This document shows, one piece after another, positions 7,123-15,963 of a DNA stretch of 24,401 nt. Location: IMG/VR virus record IMGVR_UViG_2802429219_000006, positions 1 to 24,401 of that record. One strand, given 5' to 3'. The position numbers were made by a program, and so were the translations under genes. The first letter of the stretch is position 1. Each line of letters opens with the position of its first letter. The notes under the pieces were generated by a model. The model did not search any database, was not told where the DNA came from, and worked only from the letters and a program-made list of their open reading frames with translations. Origin of the DNA: a virus. Lineage: Duplodnaviria; Heunggongvirae; Uroviricota; Caudoviricetes.

Positions 7123-9219
7123 TCACCTCGTCAAAAATTGTTGCTGGCCCACAACCTGGGCATCGAAGTTATCTCCAGGTTTTCTAAGAATCTCAAGCTG
7201 AATAAGGGCGCGCCCGTCAGGATTACTGGCAAGTACCTGCTGGGCATTTAGTAATTTACCTTCAAGCATCGGCCTCTGCTCTCTCATGGCTGGTATCTGT
7301 GCCATGAGCTTAAGGAGATAATCCACTGTTTCACTTTTAAGTCTCAGGGTATTATCTTTACCTACAGCAGCATTGCCTCCATTATACTGGGCCAGAACTT
7401 TTGCAATATCACCACCATAACGCTTCATGCTATCAGTAAGATACCTGGCGGCTGCATGTGTTGACTTTATTGGATCAAAAACATCATTTCCCACCAGCCC
7501 ATAAGCTTTTGCTGTTTCTGGAATAAATTGAAATAAACCTTTTGCACCAGCTTTGCTTATTGCATTTGGATTCCATCCTGATTCTTTTTGGGCTATTGCC
7601 GACATCATATTCTCAGGTAACAATGACGCCCGATTTACCTTTCTTACATATTCCTGCAATCCGTTTGCAGTCGCCACTCCCGGAATATCCATAGCGATTT
7701 CAGGCGTTCCCTGAACGGTATTTTTACGCCCAAGATCGGTATCAATACCTATCCAGCGAAGCGCATCACCAACATTTCTCTTGGTGTAGTCCCATGATGA
7801 ATTTGCCGAGGCAATGATATTCTCGTGATCTTTATACGCATAAGCACCATAAGCCATTGCCGCAGAGATCAACGGATGCCTCATCATCGCAGTTACAACC
7901 GCACTCGCCACGCCAGTGAAAGCCCCACTTCCTCCGGCAATAACCGCTGCCCCAAAAAGCCAGGGATGCTCCGCCGCAAAGCCAACAAACCCGCCAAGTG
8001 CCTTAGTGACCTTTGCAACATTTCCGGCGAAATTATTCAGGTCGTTATAAAAATCCGGGCTATTTACGTACTTACCAAGTTTATCCAGACCCGTTTCAAC
8101 ATCCGTCAGAATCCTTTTAAAGTTCTCACCGTTCATGAAATTCAGGGCAGCATTCGTGATGCCATTAGAAATTCTGATTAAGGGATATGCATTCCCGGCC
8201 AGCGCCCCCTGAAATCCACTGGTAAGCCGATCCCAGTTATTTTCTAAGTTACTGGTAAGATTCTGATACTGACTTGTATGTCCAGATGTGAGCAACGAGT
8301 CATTCTGAGAAGCCCGCAATAAAAACTCTTTATTGAGTTCAGGTATTTTGTCCTGATATTTGACTAACTGGTTAGTAAGACCAAAATTTACCCATCCAAG
8401 CCCCATTCCTCTGAAATTGCTCTGGGTAAGACCAGTTCCCTGATATTCCTTTGCCAGCGCTGCAACCTTTTTCAGGAATACAGGCAGGTTTTCAGTCGCG
8501 TTTTTATCAGGATTAAGCCCCAGATTAAGCAGGCCGACACGGGCAGGATGCGCTATATCATTTTGTGCGGCTGCCAGTGTATTGAGCACATTGCCAACAC
8601 CGGAAAAATAAGGCGAATAGGTACTCTCTGCCGCCTTTAATTCTCCCGGCGTTGCCATCAGCTCATCTGCATTTTTCTGTTTCTCTACAACATTACGAGC
8701 CATCATGCCAAAGCCAAACGGCCCGGCAACGCCCATAACCGCAAGTTTTGTCCCCCACGATACGGTAGTTTTAAACAGGTTGTTTAATCTCGAAGTGGTC
8801 GTCCGTAGCGTAGAATTGATCTGCTTGTAAGTTTTCAGCGTCTGTTTGGCGTTTTTCCCCAGCCCGCTGAGGTACTTATCAAACATCGTTTCGCCGCGAC
8901 CTTTATAGTTGCTCACCAGCGAATCAGGTGTTTTTCCGCTGCCAACAAAGCGCCCTTTTTCATCCCTTAAACGTCCATCAGTGGACGCAGTCGGAACTGG
9001 AGCAGGTGAAGATGGTTTCCTGGGAGCCTGATTGGCTTCTCCGCCTGTAGTTGTCTGCCGGGCGCCACCTCCCTGACCTGTATTTGAAGGTATTTTAAGC
9101 GGTGTCCCGGCAGGGCCAATCATCAACCCGTTGCGATATTTTTCAAATACCGCCTCGAGTCGTTTGAGTTGTTCCTCATTAATGTCCAGCGTAAGAACTG
9201 GCATCTGATTACCAGCCAT
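7123..9219 (-). CDS. Tail tape measure protein with C-terminal lytic transglycosylase (SLT) domain
   Basis: About 698 codons; Gly/Ala-rich hydrophobic segment (GGFVGFAAEHPWLFGAAVIAGGSGAFTGVASAVVTAMM) typical of tape measure proteins. C-terminal ...AIAQKESGWNPNAISKAGAKGLFQFIPETAKAYG is the catalytic ES / GLMQ-type motif of family 1 lytic transglycosylases. Located after the sheath, tube and chaperone genes. Confidence 0.8.
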   Translation of the reverse strand: MAGNQMPVLTLDINEEQLKRLEAVFEKYRNGLMIGPAGTPLKIPSNTGQGGGARQTTTGGEANQAPRKPSSPAPVPTASTDGRLRDEKGRFVGSGKTPDSLVSNYKGRGETMFDKYLSGLGKNAKQTLKTYKQINSTLRTTTSRLNNLFKTTVSWGTKLAVMGVAGPFGFGMMARNVVEKQKNADELMATPGELKAAESTYSPYFSGVGNVLNTLAAAQNDIAHPARVGLLNLGLNPDKNATENLPVFLKKVAALAKEYQGTGLTQSNFRGMGLGWVNFGLTNQLVKYQDKIPELNKEFLLRASQNDSLLTSGHTSQYQNLTSNLENNWDRLTSGFQGALAGNAYPLIRISNGITNAALNFMNGENFKRILTDVETGLDKLGKYVNSPDFYNDLNNFAGNVAKVTKALGGFVGFAAEHPWLFGAAVIAGGSGAFTGVASAVVTAMMRHPLISAAMAYGAYAYKDHENIIASANSSWDYTKRNVGDALRWIGIDTDLGRKNTVQGTPEIAMDIPGVATANGLQEYVRKVNRASLLPENMMSAIAQKESGWNPNAISKAGAKGLFQFIPETAKAYGLVGNDVFDPIKSTHAAARYLTDSMKRYGGDIAKVLAQYNGGNAAVGKDNTLRLKSETVDYLLKLMAQIPAMREQRPMLEGKLLNAQQVLASNPDGRALIQLEILRKPGDNFDAQVVGQQQFLTR

Positions 9220-9512
9220 CACAATACTCCTGCGGGATTTTTAAATTTGAGCAGCTCGCGAAACTGAGCTGCTGTTTTTACATTCAAACCGGAATCTGCA
9301 CAGATGTCTCTGAATCCGGCTCCGGCTGAGTAGTCGAGGATGTCGCTAATGATGTGTTCACCGTCGCGCCAGAACTGGCGGCAGACTTCAATGTCGGCAA
9401 GGAAGCAATCCAGTCCGTAAGATTCAAGGATGAGTATTGAGTGCTCCAGATTCCATTGACCACATCCAGAGTCCCTTTCGCCTGCTCCGGCGAATTTATT
9501 GACGAGACGCAT
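9219..9512 (-). CDS. -1 frame ORF overlapping the 3' part of the chaperone gene; probable frameshift extension (GT-like product)
   Basis: 97-codon ORF whose ATG sits immediately 3' of a U8 run in the mRNA; it ends in a TGATG overlap with the tape measure start. Its translation looks protein-like, while the 0-frame tail of the overlapping ORF is Ser/Thr-rich and low in complexity. Confidence 0.45.
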   Translation of the reverse strand: MRLVNKFAGAGERDSGCGQWNLEHSILILESYGLDCFLADIEVCRQFWRDGEHIISDILDYSAGAGFRDICADSGLNVKTAAQFRELLKFKNPAGVL

Positions 9513-9901
9513 GTAAAAAAAACGAGTTCACCCGCAACATCATCCAGCTCAACGATTTCACGCTCCAGCGCCATATCAAGAGGGATTGTGTCGTAACCTT
9601 TGCCCTCCACCGGATAAACAAGGTTTGCCAGGCGAATTATTTCGTTCACCAGCGTATTACGAACTCCCTTATCATCGTCCCAGATACCGGAATCACGCGA
9701 GATCCGCTCCAGCATCAGAAAAGCAACGCGCGGACCCGCAACGACGCCAAGACCTTCAGAAAAAATGGCAGAAAAGGTTTTACTCAGAATGAAGAAATGC
9801 TCTTTAAACACCTCTTTGCTGATCGGCGTGGCATGGATCCAGCCATTACCCTTTTCTGTCCGGACAGGAATAATCAGATTCAGATTTCGGGAGATTTTCA
9901 T
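9284..9901 (-). CDS. Tail assembly chaperone (G-like, 0-frame product)
   Basis: ORF 9284-9913 in the track. I prefer the ATG at 9901, which overlaps the tube gene stop (ATGA). Position between tube and tape measure. Confidence 0.5.
   Translation of the reverse strand: MKISRNLNLIIPVRTEKGNGWIHATPISKEVFKEHFFILSKTFSAIFSEGLGVVAGPRVAFLMLERISRDSGIWDDDKGVRNTLVNEIIRLANLVYPVEGKGYDTIPLDMALEREIVELDDVAGELVFFTCVSSINSPEQAKGTLDVVNGIWSTQYSSLNLTDWIASLPTLKSAASSGATVNTSLATSSTTQPEPDSETSVQIPV
9512..9523 (-). other. Candidate -1 programmed ribosomal frameshift site (U UUU UUU slippery run)
   Basis: The plus strand has AAAAAAAA at about 9515-9522. On the mRNA the 0-frame reads GUU UUU UUU ACA; a -1 slip continues into UAC AUG CGU..., the 97-codon frame. 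Confidence 0.45.
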
Positions 9902-10341
9902 ACCAGATCCCACATTTCAGAGTTGATGTAATACGTACCGGTAATGGTGATGGCCACACCCGGCTCGCCCCCGGCGAAGGTCATATCCTGCACATTGGTG
10001 ATCGCCGTGTTATAGATATCGAAGTCACCAAACACCGTGCTGTCGCTATACACTTTTGCGTCGCCGATCGTGGCGTTTTTTTCCCATTGCGCCTTGAATT
10101 GTTTTCCCAGCGCCTGGCTACGCAGCAGATGAACACGCGCCTGTAAAATCATGTATGGCTGCGGCGACTGCACGGCTCCCGTCATAGCGGGTAAAAACTC
10201 CGTGATATTGCCCTGAAAGGACAATTCGACGCCTTCTTTTGCCAGAAATGAGGCGGACACATTCAGTTCGGAATGAGAGGTGAATTTAACGCTGGCGCGA
10301 ACCCGGTTAAGGGTGCCAACGGGGATCATTGGATTAGGCAC
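9898..10341 (-). CDS. Tail tube protein (putative)
   Basis: 147-codon ORF immediately after the sheath gene and before the chaperone and tape measure genes; size typical of myovirus tube proteins. Confidence 0.55.
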   Translation of the reverse strand: MPNPMIPVGTLNRVRASVKFTSHSELNVSASFLAKEGVELSFQGNITEFLPAMTGAVQSPQPYMILQARVHLLRSQALGKQFKAQWEKNATIGDAKVYSDSTVFGDFDIYNTAITNVQDMTFAGGEPGVAITITGTYYINSEMWDLV

Positions 10342-10352
10342 GGTTCAGTCCC

Positions 10353-11690
10353 TCACGAAAGCTGCATTGTCACATTGATGTTAAAAATGATTTCGACAAA
10401 TCCACGCATCGGCGTATAGGTGGCCGACAGGCCTGCATAACGCCCGATACCGTAATCATTCGGATTGGTGTTGATATACTGGCGGAAAGACACTGCATCG
10501 ACGACAGGCTGGCCGTTGACCAGGCCGTAAGATACGCCCGTATTGAACACCGCCTGCGCGACCTGCTGCAGACGGTCGATCCCGTCCTGGTTGTAGTAAA
10601 GCGGGTTAATTGGGTTATTGCTGCCGTTGATCACCGTGTTGGCGAGCTGCATATCGACATTAATCTGCACCCAGTCCACGGAATACCAGTACGTCATATC
10701 GTTACCGTCACTGGTAACGCCTTTCACCAGAATCGTGTTGGAAATTCCACCCTCAGCCCCCGTGTCGACATAGTTAATATTCTGCTTCGTCATCGTGGCC
10801 AGAATGGAATTTTTGCCCTTGTGAGCATTTACCGCCTGCAGATAGCGAAATGCCATCGGCGGCACCTTGTTGATTTCTGAAGGTGATGCGGAAACATAGT
10901 TCCACATTACGGCTGCTGCCGCGTTTGTCGCCGGGTACGTATCATCCGCCGTTGCAATAACCGACTTAATACCGGCATAAGGCGAAACGTAATTCGTGTC
11001 GTCCGGCGTTTTCGTCAGCACGAAAAAATACTGCATCGCTTCGTTGGCGGTGTGGAGTTTTGCCAGACTGATAAACTCTGCGTCACCATCCCACGGCTGC
11101 GGCACCAGATACGCATAAAAACGCAGGAGCGGATCTTCCATATAAGCTTTCAGTGCAGCGATTTCCTTACTGACCCCGCCTTTCTGTACTCCCAGCTCCA
11201 GCAGGTAAATCCCAACTGAATTTCCCTGGGCAAAAAACGTGTTTACTGCCGTCACCAGATTTTCACTGCCGACAATGGAAAACTGCCCCAGTGTCACTGG
11301 CGAACCGGAAAGCTGAGAATCAGCAATCGTCCAGGTCAGTGTTTTTTCATCCGTGACGGTAGCAGTATATTCGCCATTCCACGCGTCGGGCGAACACCCG
11401 GAAACAACAATTTTCACCTCAGAACTGTTTTCGCGTCGGATGTTGCTCCCTTCCGGAAGCGTCATCGTAACGGTGACGTTTGCCGCAGATTTTCCTGCGG
11501 CAGCCGCCGACAACGCAGCAATCGGATTTCTTACCAGATCGTTAATATCCTGATTGCTGGTGAGTAATACAGGTTTCCCCGGCTCATGAGTCGTGGAGCC
11601 AAACGAGAGAACCGCAGACATCTGCTGCAAATTCGAGGGAATGGCCCCGATGGTCTGGGACACATTCACCGTGACGATATTAAACCCCAT
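10353..11690 (-). CDS. Tail sheath protein (putative)
   Basis: 445-codon ORF at the sheath position of a contractile-tail module. Not motif-verified. Confidence 0.55.
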   Translation of the reverse strand: MGFNIVTVNVSQTIGAIPSNLQQMSAVLSFGSTTHEPGKPVLLTSNQDINDLVRNPIAALSAAAAGKSAANVTVTMTLPEGSNIRRENSSEVKIVVSGCSPDAWNGEYTATVTDEKTLTWTIADSQLSGSPVTLGQFSIVGSENLVTAVNTFFAQGNSVGIYLLELGVQKGGVSKEIAALKAYMEDPLLRFYAYLVPQPWDGDAEFISLAKLHTANEAMQYFFVLTKTPDDTNYVSPYAGIKSVIATADDTYPATNAAAAVMWNYVSASPSEINKVPPMAFRYLQAVNAHKGKNSILATMTKQNINYVDTGAEGGISNTILVKGVTSDGNDMTYWYSVDWVQINVDMQLANTVINGSNNPINPLYYNQDGIDRLQQVAQAVFNTGVSYGLVNGQPVVDAVSFRQYINTNPNDYGIGRYAGLSATYTPMRGFVEIIFNINVTMQLS

Positions 11691-12634
11691 TATTTAACCT
11701 CATATTTACAAATAACTTTTTCAATCAACTGCCGGGATATTTCCCGGGCGGTGCTCTGGTAGTAATTCACGTCAAAATCGACAATCTTTTTCTTCGCCAG
11801 AGCGTTGATTTCAACCTGTCCCGACTTTGCGTCCTGAACCACCGGAATATTGGTTACACCAAACTTTTCCTCCTCCAGCGCCCTGTTCACCACCGAGTCG
11901 ACAAGATCCAGCGCCATTTTGTTGCTGAATCCGTAAAGCGTCAGGCGAACCGAATCCTGGACGAGCTGGAATCGCTCACCACCGAAAACAACGGGAGCCA
12001 CCTGCAACGGAATACTGTTGCGAACATCCACCGCGATATACGGAGGACGAAGGTTCTGCGGTACCAGGTAAGACGGATACACGGTCGCGGCATCTTTCAT
12101 TTGCAGCCAGATCGGGATGCTGTTGGAGATGATCTGCTCGTCGCTGATATCCTCCTCGCAGTCGATAATCTGAGAGCGCATGGTTGGTAAAATCGCCATA
12201 CCGCGATAATGAAAAATACCCGACTGCTGATAACGGCTCTCCATTCGTGAAAAAGCGAACTGGACGCCGCCGTACTCACCGAGATAGATCGCATCGGGAT
12301 TTTCCACATTAAAATCATCAACCTGCTGAACAGGCGTGAAAATAATGTTGTTCACATCCTTCGAGACAGACTCGTCCTGAATCGCAATAACCTGACGATG
12401 CAGGCTGCCTTTGATTTTCAGACGAGTTGGTGACTCAATATTCAGGCGACACAGTTCATCGCAACTGATGATTTCCGCATTAACCCAATAGACAAAGCCA
12501 TCCAGCGGCAGAACCTGCCGGACATAGAGCCTGAACGTGATTTCCTGGTCTGACGAGATGGTTTCAACTGCGGATTTAAGAACGGACGAGAGCTGCGAAC
12601 TGTGCTGTTCGGCTAATTCCTCAAGACTCGGCAT
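11690..12634 (-). CDS. Structural protein between head and tail modules (unknown function)
   Basis: 314-codon ORF with ATG start; its stop overlaps the sheath gene start (TAATG). Confidence 0.5.
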   Translation of the reverse strand: MPSLEELAEQHSSQLSSVLKSAVETISSDQEITFRLYVRQVLPLDGFVYWVNAEIISCDELCRLNIESPTRLKIKGSLHRQVIAIQDESVSKDVNNIIFTPVQQVDDFNVENPDAIYLGEYGGVQFAFSRMESRYQQSGIFHYRGMAILPTMRSQIIDCEEDISDEQIISNSIPIWLQMKDAATVYPSYLVPQNLRPPYIAVDVRNSIPLQVAPVVFGGERFQLVQDSVRLTLYGFSNKMALDLVDSVVNRALEEEKFGVTNIPVVQDAKSGQVEINALAKKKIVDFDVNYYQSTAREISRQLIEKVICKYEVK

Positions 12635-13061
12635 TATTATCTATCCACGCTATAAAGCTGCCCTTAAACAGGCCGCCGTCTATGAATGACGGACGCCGCT
12701 CTCCGGTATATTTGTCCTTAAGCCTGGAGTTAACGCCCAGTAGCGCGGCCTGAGTTGGCACAGGGTTTCCGTTAATCGTCATCCCGGCCATTTCCTCGGC
12801 TTCCAGAAAACGGTGAAAAATCCCGCGGATATCGCCCATAACCTGCACAGGTGGCAACGGCACTTTATTTTTGAGATGGCGAATGAGCTGGAACGCAACC
12901 ATCTCCCCTGCCTCCTGGATAATCTCGTCCTTATGCATTTCCCAGAAGTGCGTAAAAATTTCGTATCGTTCCTCGAGGTCACAGGCCACGTCGAACGTGG
13001 TTTTTCCCGGTTCGTCGCCGTAGTCATACGGCTGGTCGACAACACCAAAACAAAGTTTCAT
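12621..13061 (-). CDS. Head-tail joining / completion protein (putative)
   Basis: ORF 12621-13076 in the track. I prefer the ATG at 13061 (MKLCFGVVDQ...), which overlaps the upstream stop as ATGA and follows a GGGGG Shine-Dalgarno-like run. Confidence 0.45.
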   Translation of the reverse strand: MKLCFGVVDQPYDYGDEPGKTTFDVACDLEERYEIFTHFWEMHKDEIIQEAGEMVAFQLIRHLKNKVPLPPVQVMGDIRGIFHRFLEAEEMAGMTINGNPVPTQAALLGVNSRLKDKYTGERRPSFIDGGLFKGSFIAWIDNNAES

Positions 13062-13498
13062 GGCGAGTACCCCCATACCGTGCCCATCTGCATCAGCACC
13101 GCAACAACCTGTCGTCCATACGGATCCTGCAACATCTGCAAATCCAGCAAAGACAGATTACTCAGCGCGTCGCTGATGGTGATCGAGCCCGATGTCCCCT
13201 GGTCTGCTGCCGCGCTGACAAGCCCGGTAGCCAGTTTCCCAAGGTTGAGTTTTTTTCTCAGGTCGGCAAACCACGAGCCGGGGGCGAAATTCAGGAGAAA
13301 TGAGGCGGCAGCGTTATAAACCGTTCGCACATAGATGATGGGTAAACGCTCCAGCCCCTGATCGTGAGGGATTAGCTCCATCGCAGACTGAAAGCAACAT
13401 TCCAGCGTCGGATCATCGTCAGCAATAGCATGAACCGGTACTTTCATGTCGTCACGAACAAAGCGAATAAATCCCTCCAGTGACGGACGCAAGGTCAT
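13058..13498 (-). CDS. Head-tail joining / completion protein (putative)
   Basis: 146-codon ORF, translationally coupled to its neighbours. Confidence 0.45.
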   Translation of the reverse strand: MTLRPSLEGFIRFVRDDMKVPVHAIADDDPTLECCFQSAMELIPHDQGLERLPIIYVRTVYNAAASFLLNFAPGSWFADLRKKLNLGKLATGLVSAAADQGTSGSITISDALSNLSLLDLQMLQDPYGRQVVAVLMQMGTVWGYSP

Positions 13499-13968
13499 TA
13501 TTTTTTAACCTTAATATTTCGCTTTGTGCTGGGCGGATTTTCCTGTTCAGTGTTAATCGCTTCCCCGGTGATTTCCATTTCAATACCACCCGGTTGAGGT
13601 TTTTCGCCACTCTGAATCACTGCCTGATCCACTGCGTTATTCAGCGATACGGCGCTGGCTGCGAGAATTTCTTCTGACAGGGATTCCAGATTTTCCGTTT
13701 TCTGCTCCGCGCAATCCTCAATGCGACCGACGCTCACAGGTTTATCGATGGAATAGCAGATACCGGAAAAATTCTTGTCCACCTTGTCACAACGCTGGAA
13801 TCCGTAAGGCTCATGCTGTCGGATGATGTGGTCGATAATATCGGACTGATTTTCGATCATATGCTGACGTCCGGACGGAATTGTCACACCGAACGACTGC
13901 GCTTTTTCGGGGAGTTTATAGTTGAACGTGTGCGGCTGACGTGAGCAGTTAGCGATGTAGAGTTTCAT
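13498..13968 (-). CDS. Hypothetical structural protein downstream of the capsid gene
   Basis: The track ORF begins at a TTG at 13983, inside the terminator T-tract; I prefer the ATG at 13968 (MKLYIANCSRQ...). Confidence 0.45.
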   Translation of the reverse strand: MKLYIANCSRQPHTFNYKLPEKAQSFGVTIPSGRQHMIENQSDIIDHIIRQHEPYGFQRCDKVDKNFSGICYSIDKPVSVGRIEDCAEQKTENLESLSEEILAASAVSLNNAVDQAVIQSGEKPQPGGIEMEITGEAINTEQENPPSTKRNIKVKK

Positions 13969-13981
13969 AAATTTTTCCCAC

Positions 13982-14006
13982 AAAAAAGGGGAGCATTTAG
14001 CTCCCC
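13982..14006 (-). terminator. Intrinsic terminator or attenuator after the major capsid gene
   Basis: Minus-strand GGGGAGC-uaaau-GCUCCCC followed by UUUUUU, about 20 nt after the capsid stop at 14026. Confidence 0.55.
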
Positions 14007-14025
14007 GCGTTATCAGGTTGAACGT

Positions 14026-15054
14026 TTATGCGTATTTGGCAGACAACAGGGTGATCCCCTCCGGGCGGAAGTTCCAGCCCGGCGTCGCGCGCATGGTATA
14101 CAACGTGGTCAGGCCGCCATCCGGCATAGGGGACGGGATTTCCGTCGGCGCTGCCATGTCGCAGAACATCACATTGACGGCCTGCTGGTTCGGGATCAGC
14201 GTGGAGAAAATATTGGTGTTAATGGCGTGACGCGCTTCCGGAACCTCAATCGTCGGGTTCGTAACGATAATCAGGTCATTACCACCAGCGCCTTTACCGA
14301 TCAGCGTGTCATCCTGGCAGAAAATGATGTCATCGCCCGTCGCCTTATCAGCGACGTCTTTAACCACCGTTCCCACCGTTCCGCTACCGCCACCAGGGCG
14401 CTGGTAACTGGTCAGCTCAACAATTCCTGTCCACTCCAGCGCCTTCATGAATCGCTGTGGGCTCAGAATGACGGTCGTTAATGGCTGCCCCAACAGCAAC
14501 ATGCGGGTTTTCTGGTCAGCAATCAGGCCAAGCATAAATTTAGCCATCTCGCCGGAATCCCAGGTGGTATATGAATCATTCCCTTTGCTGTCGTTGCCCA
14601 GATTCAGCGTCACTGCATTCGGGGAGTTGGTGATCCCCTCGTTATTAGCTGCATTCACACCATACAGCAGCATATTACGCAACATTTGAGCGTGTCCCTG
14701 GCGGTTAGCCAGGCGCAGGCCTTCAATCAGAGAATATCCCCAACGATCTGCTGCATCAGTATCGAGATAGCTGTATTGCGAGCGGGAAGAAATTCGGTAA
14801 GTCATCATCCCGTCATAGCCGCCAGAGATACTGGAAGACGGTAACTGGCCTGGCAGAGACTGGCCGACCTGCGCCTGCGAGGTCATGCGCAGATATTTCT
14901 GATAGACCATCAAATCACTGGAACTGATTTTTACCGCTGGAGCACCGCCAGCCAGGACTTCAAACGCACCGGAAGCCATGCTCTGTTGCACGATCATTTC
15001 CGGCAGCACCATTGACGGCGACACAATAGTAGTCGCAGGAGTAAATGCGCTCAT
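14026..15054 (-). CDS. Major capsid protein (putative)
   Basis: 342-codon ORF at the end of the head module, followed by a terminator hairpin. Not similar to lambda gpE as far as I recall. Confidence 0.5.
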   Translation of the reverse strand: MSAFTPATTIVSPSMVLPEMIVQQSMASGAFEVLAGGAPAVKISSSDLMVYQKYLRMTSQAQVGQSLPGQLPSSSISGGYDGMMTYRISSRSQYSYLDTDAADRWGYSLIEGLRLANRQGHAQMLRNMLLYGVNAANNEGITNSPNAVTLNLGNDSKGNDSYTTWDSGEMAKFMLGLIADQKTRMLLLGQPLTTVILSPQRFMKALEWTGIVELTSYQRPGGGSGTVGTVVKDVADKATGDDIIFCQDDTLIGKGAGGNDLIIVTNPTIEVPEARHAINTNIFSTLIPNQQAVNVMFCDMAAPTEIPSPMPDGGLTTLYTMRATPGWNFRPEGITLLSAKYA

Positions 15055-15068
15055 TAATTAATATCCCC

Positions 15069-15686
15069 TTAAATTAAAAACAGGCCGCACGGTTTGCCGT
15101 TTTCCCAGACAACGTTACCGCCATCCTCTTTTTTCACCGTCAGGTTTCCGTCAACTGAAACCATCAGCAGCTTAATATCCACTTTCGGATTAGCTCCGGG
15201 TGATCCCGAATAAACATCAACCATGTTTTTCGTCAGATCCCACACAAAACCACTGGCAGCAACAGTGTTATTGCCATCAGCCAACGCAACAACTTCTGCA
15301 CTGACAGGGAGAGGAATGCGGGCACCTGAGCCAACGCGGTAATAGTGAATAAAGCCACCCGCGAGATATAACGGCACCGGATTATCCGGCGTGGTAATGC
15401 CATGAAATGCCTGATTAAAGACAGTAAAGGCGTTACAGGCGTCCTTCGTGGCTTGCTTAATTACCGCGCCGTTAACGCTGTCTTTCGCGGGAGCAATGCA
15501 CTCCATAACTCCAACGCCACCCCATACCGGTTCAGTGATTTTGCTGTCCAGTCGACCGGAGCAAAGTTGCAGACGAATTGCCGGATCATCCTGCGCATCC
15601 CCCTGCATCAGCCCACGGGATTCGACGTTAAAAAGGCCACCAAACGCCCCACGGTTTTTAAACGGATGAAAGTTAATATCAGCCAT
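15069..15686 (-). CDS. Head protein (decoration or minor capsid, unknown)
   Basis: 205-codon ORF between the scaffold and capsid genes. Confidence 0.45.
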   Translation of the reverse strand: MADINFHPFKNRGAFGGLFNVESRGLMQGDAQDDPAIRLQLCSGRLDSKITEPVWGGVGVMECIAPAKDSVNGAVIKQATKDACNAFTVFNQAFHGITTPDNPVPLYLAGGFIHYYRVGSGARIPLPVSAEVVALADGNNTVAASGFVWDLTKNMVDVYSGSPGANPKVDIKLLMVSVDGNLTVKKEDGGNVVWENGKPCGLFLI

Positions 15687-15963
15687 TGTTCAGGCTCCCT
15701 TGAGTGTTAATTTTTGCCAGACGACGCCCCGGAATTTTGAAGGCACTCAGCCAGACGTTCGGATCGCCCTGATATTCAGTAATGCGACGCCCGGCTTCGT
15801 CGTTGCGGATGCGTTTATGCAGTTGCCCCTGCGTACTCATCATTTCTTTTTCGATGGACTGACGGGCGGCACTGAAAATTGCGTCTTCAAGCACAGCCAG
15901 CGTTGCAGAATCCGCAATCGCGCGAATATTGACGTCCTTATGTGCCGGAGAGTGTTTCTGCAT
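15679..15963 (-). CDS. ORF in the -1 frame of the scaffold gene 3' end; probably the true C-terminal part of the scaffold/protease protein
   Basis: 94-codon ORF with no Shine-Dalgarno. Its frame stays open a further ~40 codons upstream of the ATG with protein-like sequence (...GKNAPAPFSGENALDYRKRALIA-MQKHSPAHK...). Confidence 0.35.
   Translation of the reverse strand: MQKHSPAHKDVNIRAIADSATLAVLEDAIFSAARQSIEKEMMSTQGQLHKRIRNDEAGRRITEYQGDPNVWLSAFKIPGRRLAKINTQGSLNNG

Noticed and set aside
7825-8181. Plus-strand 118-aa ORF inside the tape measure gene
   Set aside because: Antisense to a gene with strong coding features; Arg/Cys-rich product; no RBS.
12779-13319. ORFs 12779-13048 (-) and 12813-13319 (+)
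   Set aside because: Alternate-frame or antisense overlaps of the tightly coupled head-tail joining genes; Arg-rich, implausible products.
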